From positions 1,115,300-1,179,299 of the forward strand of contig NC_068999.1 in the NCBI RefSeq assembly GCF_001194135.2: DNA of 64,000 bases, read 5' to 3'. This DNA is from Octopus bimaculoides (lineage: Eukaryota). This document shows positions 56,402 to 64,000 of the stretch, piece by piece; position 1 is the first letter of the stretch, and every line of letters starts with the position of its first letter. The position numbers and the translations under genes are program-made. The notes below the pieces were generated by a model. It was not told where the DNA came from, ran no database searches, and saw nothing but the letters and a program-made list of their open reading frames with translations.

Positions 56402-57053
56402 NNNNNNNNNNNNNNNNNNNNNNNNNNNNNNNNNNNNNNNNNNNNNNNNNNNNNNNNNNNNNNNNNNNNNNNNNNNNNNNNNNNNNNNNNNNNNNNNNNN
56501 NNNNNNNNNNNNNNNNNNNNNNNNNNNNNNNNNNNNNNNNNNNNNNNNNNNNNNNNNNNNNNNNNNNNNNNNNNNNNNNNNNNNNNNNNNNNNNNNNNNN
56601 NNNNNNNNNNNNNNNNNNNNNNNNNNNNNNNNNNNNNNNNNNNNNNNNNNNNNNNNNNNNNNNNNNNNNNNNNNNNNNNNNNNNNNNNNNNNNNNNNNNN
56701 NNNNNNNNNNNNNNNNNNNNNNNNNNNNNNNNNNNNNNNNNNNNNNNNNNNNNNNNNNNNNNNNNNNNNNNNNNNNNNNNNNNNNNNNNNNNNNNNNNNN
56801 NNNNNNNNNNNNNNNNNNNNNNNNNNNNNNNNNNNNNNNNNNNNNNNNNNNNNNNNNNNNNNNNNNNNNNNNNNNNNNNNNNNNNNNNNNNNNNNNNNNN
56901 NNNNNNNNNNNNNNNNNNNNNNNNNNNNNNNNNNNNNNNNNNNNNNNNNNNNNNNNNNNNNNNNNNNNNNNNNNNNNNNNNNNNNNNNNNNNNNNNNNNN
57001 NNNNNNNNNNNNNNNNNNNNNNNNNNNNNNNNNNNNTATATATATATATATAT

Positions 57054-57098
<45 letters not shown>

Positions 57099-57627
57099 AA
57101 GAGAGAGATTCATGCACACGGGTATACACACATAATTGTAAATAGTATACATACAGGAACAAATACATGCATGTAGTCTTACATGCATTCATACATACGT
57201 ATCTACACTCGCGCGCACACCACCATCCCACATATAAACACACGCACACACATATTTGTGTTTGATCGGCGCCCGATCATCATAACCATCCCCACCCAAA
57301 CATTAATTACCGGATTTTCAAGAATCAACCGTTTTGGTTTTGCTTACTTGTTCTTCGTATGAATGAGAACAGAAGATGAAAGCATGCCATCACCTCGGTT
57401 GGTTTCATATCCATTCAGTTTTCGGGTTCGGTACTTCTAAGTTCGGTAAAATATCATCTCAACGTAGATTCCGAGTTTTATCTATTCCTTTTCCTACCAG
57501 ATTTGGCTCCATCTGTGTTTCAGGAACCTGTTGCACCCAGAAATCTCATTGTGACCTTCCCGCTGATATGAGAAACGAATGCCTCGATATGAATTATTCA
57601 TTTCTTGGCGTATGCTACTGTATGTTA

Positions 57628-57690
57628 GTGCCTTTGCGTGTAATGGATCACTGTCGCTAGAACATGGGTTCGATTTCCGGACCAGGCGTT
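57628..57690 (+). pseudogene. degenerate tRNA-like Pol III head (SINE head or tRNA pseudogene)
   Basis: A-box-like TGCGTGTAATGG and B box GGGTTCGATTTCC; too short for a cloverleaf, no anticodon arm. Confidence 0.45.
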
Positions 57691-57698
57691 GTTTTGTG

Positions 57699-57745
<47 letters not shown>

Positions 57746-57749
<4 letters not shown>

Positions 57750-57958
57750 CACTTTTATTTGTTTCAGTCATTTGACTGCGGCCATGCTAGAGCACCGTCT
57801 TTAGCCAAACAAATCAATCCCAGAACTTATTCTTTGTAAGCTTAGTACTTATTCTATCACCTGTTTTGCTGAACCGCTAGGTTACGGGGATGTTAAGACA
57901 TCAACATGTGTTGTCAAGCGATGGTGGGGGGACAAACACAGACACACAAACATATATA

Positions 57959-58003
<45 letters not shown>

Positions 58004-58165
58004 GACGGGATTCTTTCAGTTTCCGTCTACCAAATTCACACACAAGGCTTTGGTCCACCCGTGGCTATATCACAAGACATTTGCCCAAGGTGCCACGCAG
58101 GACTAAACAGAAAACCATGTGATTGATAAGCAAGCTACATACCATACAGACACTCCTGCACCTAT
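57746..58165 (-). mobile_element. SINE family A, near full length, with internal (CA)/(AT)n
   Basis: Collinear with the 16728 copy; contains GGCACCTTGGGCAAATGTCTT on the minus strand. Confidence 0.9.
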
Positions 58166-58201
58166 ATAGGTACGTAAATATATATACACAATAATAGGTA
58201 G

Positions 58202-58249
<48 letters not shown>

Positions 58250-58666
58250 CATACATACATACATACATACATACATACATACATACTTGCATACATACAT
58301 TATAGAAATTGTTAGGAATATCTTCACAAACTTATACAATACTGCACATGATTCACTCACTACAGAACCAATGCCATTCTGTAGTTCTTCATTTCTTAAC
58401 AATGTTTTAGAAGAATAACTTTGTTTCTTAGTTGAACAAATTCTCAATCCCACGTGGTTCTTTCAGTTCTTTGAGTCGTTTGAGGTCTATTCCAGGAATA
58501 TTTCTAAACTAGTTAATCGTTCTCTGTCTGTGTTTGCTTGCTTGTATCAGGTTCTTTGAAGTCTTCTTGGTATAATTATTTCTTTAACTCCGAAGTTTCT
58601 TGGTCAGAATTTCTTTGAATTATAAGATACAAGCAAAAAACGTTCATATTTTTGTTGTTGTTGTTG

Positions 58667-58705
<39 letters not shown>

Positions 58706-59586
58706 TTTTCTGTTTCTTTATCATGTATTCATGGATTTTTCCCGACCCATTCTAACGATCAATGCGACAATGTATATTTTATATAATGGAATCGTGATAT
58801 AAATTTTGTCAATAATTGACTTTTTCTAAGCAAGTCAGATCCATCAAAGGGATGAACAAATCGTTGTTATCAAACGGTAACACTATAAGCTGCGTACACC
58901 ATAGTATCTGCAAAGAGTCCGTATGTTATTGAAAAGAAAAAAATGCGATAATGTCTTCCTGATTTCCATTTGAAATATACTCTGATATGATAAAAAATTT
59001 AGGCAACCAATTATATAAATGTGATGGCAATTGCACAACAGAATATTTGCGTGTGTACATCATCGAAATGACTCTTGTAATATTTGTTTTCTTCACTTGG
59101 TACCACTGAAACACAATCACAATGGCAAATATTTACAAATATATTATCATCCTTTTTATTTTCCTACATATTATAGTGTCTTCTCTTTGTTAACGATGTG
59201 TTTTAGCAAAAAAATCACTGTGAATGTAAGTCTATCATTTGAAACTATCGTGAGGCTCTCCAGTTATATAAACTTAGCAGTTCTTTCTAGCGTACGGAAT
59301 CCCATTAGTGGATTCCTCTTATGTATTTAAATATACACTGTATCTTATGAGTAATTCATAGTCTTTGGATTAAACTTTCATACGCTAGGCCACATGGAGG
59401 TGAAAATTTTATTAATTTCCATTTCCCCTTCATATGATTATTTATATATATATACATATATATGTATATATACCTATATTTACATACATACACACATATA
59501 TATNNNNNNNNNNNNNNNNNNNNNNNNNNNNNNNNNNNNNNNNNNNNNNNNNNNNNNNNNNNNNNNNNNNNNNNNNNNNNNNNNNN

Positions 59587-59603
59587 GTGTGCTCTTCCGA
59601 TCT
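59587..59603 (+). other. Illumina TruSeq adapter remnant (assembly contaminant)
   Basis: GTGTGCTCTTCCGATCT, the exact 3' end of the read-2 adapter/primer, directly abutting an N gap. Confidence 0.95.
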
Positions 59604-59606
59604 TAT

Positions 59607-59642
<36 letters not shown>

Positions 59643-60029
59643 ATACATACACATACATACATACATATATAGACACACACATATTTAATGAGGGGGGAGA
59701 ATATGGGCTTGAACATTGTACTGGGTATTTCAACTATTACAGATGGTTTTAATATTTTGTAGTACATGACATCTCAGTGTTGATGCGATCCGTTGAGGAA
59801 CGTCATAAAGGCAGCATGCATAAGGAAACGCATCTCCCCACAAAGGACCGGGAAATACCCTATGTTGAATGATATCCAACTTCAAAATCCGCAGAAAGAG
59901 ACGTGAATGGGAAACGGTGAGAGTTTAATGCCATTAAGGACGAGAACCGAAACCAGAAAAGCATCATTGCCGCACTCTGTGCGCATGCAGTCATAAACAT
60001 ATACATACATACATACATATGTATATACA

Positions 60030-60060
<31 letters not shown>

Positions 60061-60570
60061 GTGTGCGTTCGTGTGTATGTATCTATGTCCTTATGTATAT
60101 ATGTAGACATATGTGTGAGACTTAGCGTGCGTGTCCATGTGTGTGCATCTTTGTGTATGTGTGTATGTGTGTGCATGTTTGTATCTGTGTGCGTGTGTGC
60201 GTGTGTTATAACATATTGAGTCGGGACGGATAACTACATATTAAATTCTTTGAAAATCAGTTTACTTCTTTACATCTTTATATTTATTTTGCTGAAATAT
60301 GCTCCGACATTTTTATATTTCAATCTAATGACACTTAGTACACATGTCATTCAGGATTTACGTGACATGATAAAGTTCACAGAACTTTTAGTCTCCTACA
60401 CAATATCAGAAAGAAGAGAAAACCAGCTTCTCTGAATCAACACGTTTATGACGCCTGGAGATGAAATGTTGTGTATAAATGCAATAACTCCGACTCGTCA
60501 TACTGTGAATGCATAACGCACTGCATTATTTCTCGGTCTCTCTCCCTCCCTCCCTCTCTCCCTCTCTCTG

Positions 60571-60622
<52 letters not shown>

Positions 60623-60675
60623 CCTATCACCCTATCTAGCTGTCTGCCTATATCATTACATATACATATACATAC

Positions 60676-60734
<59 letters not shown>

Positions 60735-61027
60735 NNNNNNNNNNNNNNNNNNNNNNNNNNNNNNNNNNNNNNNNNNNNNNNNNNNNNNNNNNNNNNNNNN
60801 NNNNNNNNNNNNNNNNNNNNNNNNNNNNNNNNNNNNNNNNNNNNNNNNNNNNNNNNNNNNNNNNNNNNNNNNNNNNNNNNNNNNNNNNNNNNNNNNNNNN
60901 NNNNNNNNNNNNNNNNNNNNNNNNNNNNNNNNNNNNNNNNNNNNNNNNNNNNNNNNNNNNNNNNNNNNNNNNTACATATATATATACACACACACATATA
61001 TATATACACACACACATATATATATAT

Positions 61028-61084
<57 letters not shown>

Positions 61085-61339
61085 CAGACAGAAAAAGATA
61101 GATTGTCAGACAGATAGATAGATATATTTGCACATCTATATATACAGGCATATAAATGTACGTGTATAATTTTCTTCTTTATATATCTTTAAGTCATTTG
61201 AGTGCGGCCGATTGATCGTCATTTCTAAATTGAGACCATGTACCGTCCTATGACAGTGAATTCCGGAATGCAGCATTAGTATTGAACAAGATACACACAC
61301 ACAGTGTCGTATGGACAGAATAGGCTAGCATGGAATATC

Positions 61340-61973
61340 CAAAGATGTTTCCAAAGTCATGATGACTGTTGTGTACATCACTTTATGTCAGAGATAAAAT
61401 GACAAACCATGCAGTGAAATAATCCCCCCCTAACCTCCTTCACCTCCAGGGAAAGTGTTGGCCTCAGTTTATTTTGTTTATGCAAAGGACCTTGTATATA
61501 TTGAGCCTCTGCAAATGGGCCACACGATCAAAGGAGAATAATGTACCAACTTGCTGATACAATTAATGAAAGCTATCAAGAGCAACCGCCCAGGAAAACT
61601 GATGAATGGAGAATTTATTCATCAGGACAATGCCCCAGAACTCAGGACATTCGTTTTATTGGATGGTGTGCATTGATATAAACTGGTTGATTTCCCTCCA
61701 TATTCGCTTGATTCGGTCCCGTCTAACTATCATTCTAACTATCATTCCCCAAGACGAAAAATCATTTGGCTGGGAACCAATAACGTCTGCAGTTGATGAG
61801 TCTTTCCAACAACAGGAGGAAAACTTCTTCACCAATTGTATCCAGGAACTGAAACATGGATGAAAGAATTGTGCGCGGCGCAAAGAAGAATATGTTGGAA
61901 AATCAACCTCATTTGGTCACATTCCATTTGAGTACCATGATCAGCCTAAAAACCTTTTCAACCAACCCTCATA
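61340..61973 (+). mobile_element. mariner transposase pseudogene, 3' two-thirds, with 3' TIR
   Basis: HDDCCVHHF (first D region), GKVLASV, HTIKGE*CTNLLIQLMKAIKSNRPGKL, HQDNAP (61620 onward), PPYSLDSVPSNYH, C-terminus LKHG*KNC...EEYVGK, and terminal ...TTTTCAACCAACCCTCA followed by TA. Multiple stops and a 12-bp duplication (TCTAACTATCAT). Confidence 0.9.
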
Positions 61974-62327
61974 GTTTCTATCAATCTGCCAATCTCAATG
62001 TTAAAATCCTTCAAAACCTTACACTTCTCACATCGTAGCACAATACTAGCTTCATGTTCATACCAGTTCTTAGCATGGTCAAATCATGGCTTTCTGCATA
62101 ATTCTCAGTAGATTATTCTCATTGTTTCCATGTCTTATCTTGGACTCCTTCTGTGGCAGCATACATTCACTGACGCAAATGGTTAACGCGGCTAACAAAT
62201 TCTTTCTCACTTTACAGCTTTCTTCCAGCGACCACAATAATATCTCACTATGAGATCTTACATGCAAAAACCTTCTCTCTCCCTCCCTCTCTTTATCTCT
62301 ATCTCTCCGACTGTCTGTATATATATT

Positions 62328-62358
<31 letters not shown>

Positions 62359-63964
62359 GAGTGTGCAAGTATGTGTACGTATATAAATATATATACATAT
62401 ACATATACATGCATATATATATATATGTATANNNNNNNNNNNNNNNNNNNNNNNNNNNNNNNNNNNNNNNNNNNNNNNNNNNNNNNNNNNNNNNNNNNNN
62501 NNNNNNNNNNNNNNNNNNNNNNNNNNNNNNNNNNNNNNNNNNNNNNNNNNNNNNNNNNNNNNNNNNNNNNNNNNNNNNNNNNNNNNNNNNNNNNNNNNNN
62601 NNNNNNNNNNNNNNNNNNNNNNNNNNNNNNNNNNNNNNNNNNNNNNNNNNNNNNNNNNNNNNNNNNNNNNNNNNNNNNNNNNNNNNNNNNNNNNNNNNNN
62701 NNNNNNNNNNNNNNNNNNNNNNNNNNNNNNNNNNNNNNNNNNNNNNNNNNNNNNNNNNNNNNNNNNNNNNNNNNNNNNNNNNNNNNNNNNNNNNNNNNNN
62801 NNNNNNNNNNNNNNNNNNNNNNNNNNNNNNNNNNNNNNNNNNNNNNNNNNNNNNNNNNNNNNNNNNNNNNNNNNNNNNNNNNNNNNNNNNNNNNNNNNNN
62901 NNNNNNNNNNNNNNNNNNNNNNNNNNNNNNNNNNNNNNNNNNNNNNNNNNNNNNNNNNNNNNNNNNNNNNNNNNNNNNNNNNNNNNNNNNNNNNNNNNNN
63001 NNNNNNNNNNNNNNNNNNNNNNNNNNNNNNNNNNNNNNNNNNNNNNNNNNNNNNNNNNNNNNNNNNNNNNNNNNNNNNNNNNNNNNNNNNNNNNNNNNNN
63101 NNNNNNNNNNNNNNNNNNNNNNNNNNNNNNNNNNNNNNNNNNNNNNNNNNNNNNNNNNNNNNNNNNNNNNNNNNNNNNNNNNNNNNNNNNNNNNNNNNNN
63201 NNNNNNNNNNNNNNNNNNNNNNNNNNNNNNNNNNNNNNNNNNNNNNNNNNNNNNNNNNNNNNNNNNNNNNNNNNNNNNNNNNNNNNNNNNNNNNNNNNNN
63301 NNNNNNNNNNNNNNNNNNNNNNNNNNNNNNNNNNNNNNNNNNNNNNNNNNNNNNNNNNNNNNNNNNNNNNNNNNNNNNNNNNNNNNNNNNNNNNNNNNNN
63401 NNNNNNNNNNNNNNNNNNNNNNNNNNNATATATATACACGCTTGTCCTTGAACGATTTATCAATTTCGTAACTCTTTAAATCCCCATTAATTCTGATTTG
63501 TCATATGAAGTCGATAAATTGCTGGTTTGCATTCCTCAAGTGGTTTTACTAAGTTATTTTCTATAAAAATACAAATACACATACATTTATATGAGCGCAT
63601 GCGCGCACACACACATATATATACATGCATGCACACGCATACACACATATATGTATGTACATATATATATATATCTATACATATGCGTGGGCATATATAC
63701 ACACACACACATATATATATATATATACATACATACATATATATATATATGCATGTGTGTATATATATATACATTATATATATACATTTATGTAGATTTC
63801 CTTGATTTCATAGGTGCGTGGCCACGATCTTTTATGCATGCATGGGTGTGGGTATATTTATGTATATGAACAAGTATATAATACATACATGCATATGAAT
63901 TTATAGGTATACATATAAAGATATATAGATGCATATACAAGCACACACATGCAGATGTGTGTGC

Positions 63965-64000
<36 letters not shown>

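Overview
AT-rich, microsatellite-saturated animal genomic DNA from a gapped short-read assembly (15 N-runs, about 7.8 kb, almost all bordered by (AT)n or similar tracts). The repeat repertoire is what I associate with Octopus genomes; that taxon call is an inference. I found no convincing host protein-coding exon, rRNA, intact tRNA or CRISPR array, and nearly all supplied ORFs are translations of microsatellites or gaps. The window looks intronic or intergenic. It holds decayed mobile elements: two tRNA-derived SINE families, three fragments of an R4/Dong-like non-LTR retrotransposon, an L1/Tx1-like zinc-knuckle fragment, an RTE-like 5' UTR and four Tc1/mariner transposase remnants. The most interesting signals are: (1) several short segments folding as minimal type-I hammerhead ribozymes with palindromic stem III, the architecture known from Penelope-like element terminal repeats, best at 28348-28396 (+) and 6000-6045 (-); (2) an in-frame LINE zinc-knuckle/mariner junction at 42678-42953; (3) a SINE family carrying an internal microsatellite, with inverted copies 3.4 kb apart. 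An Illumina adapter remnant is embedded at 59587-59603.
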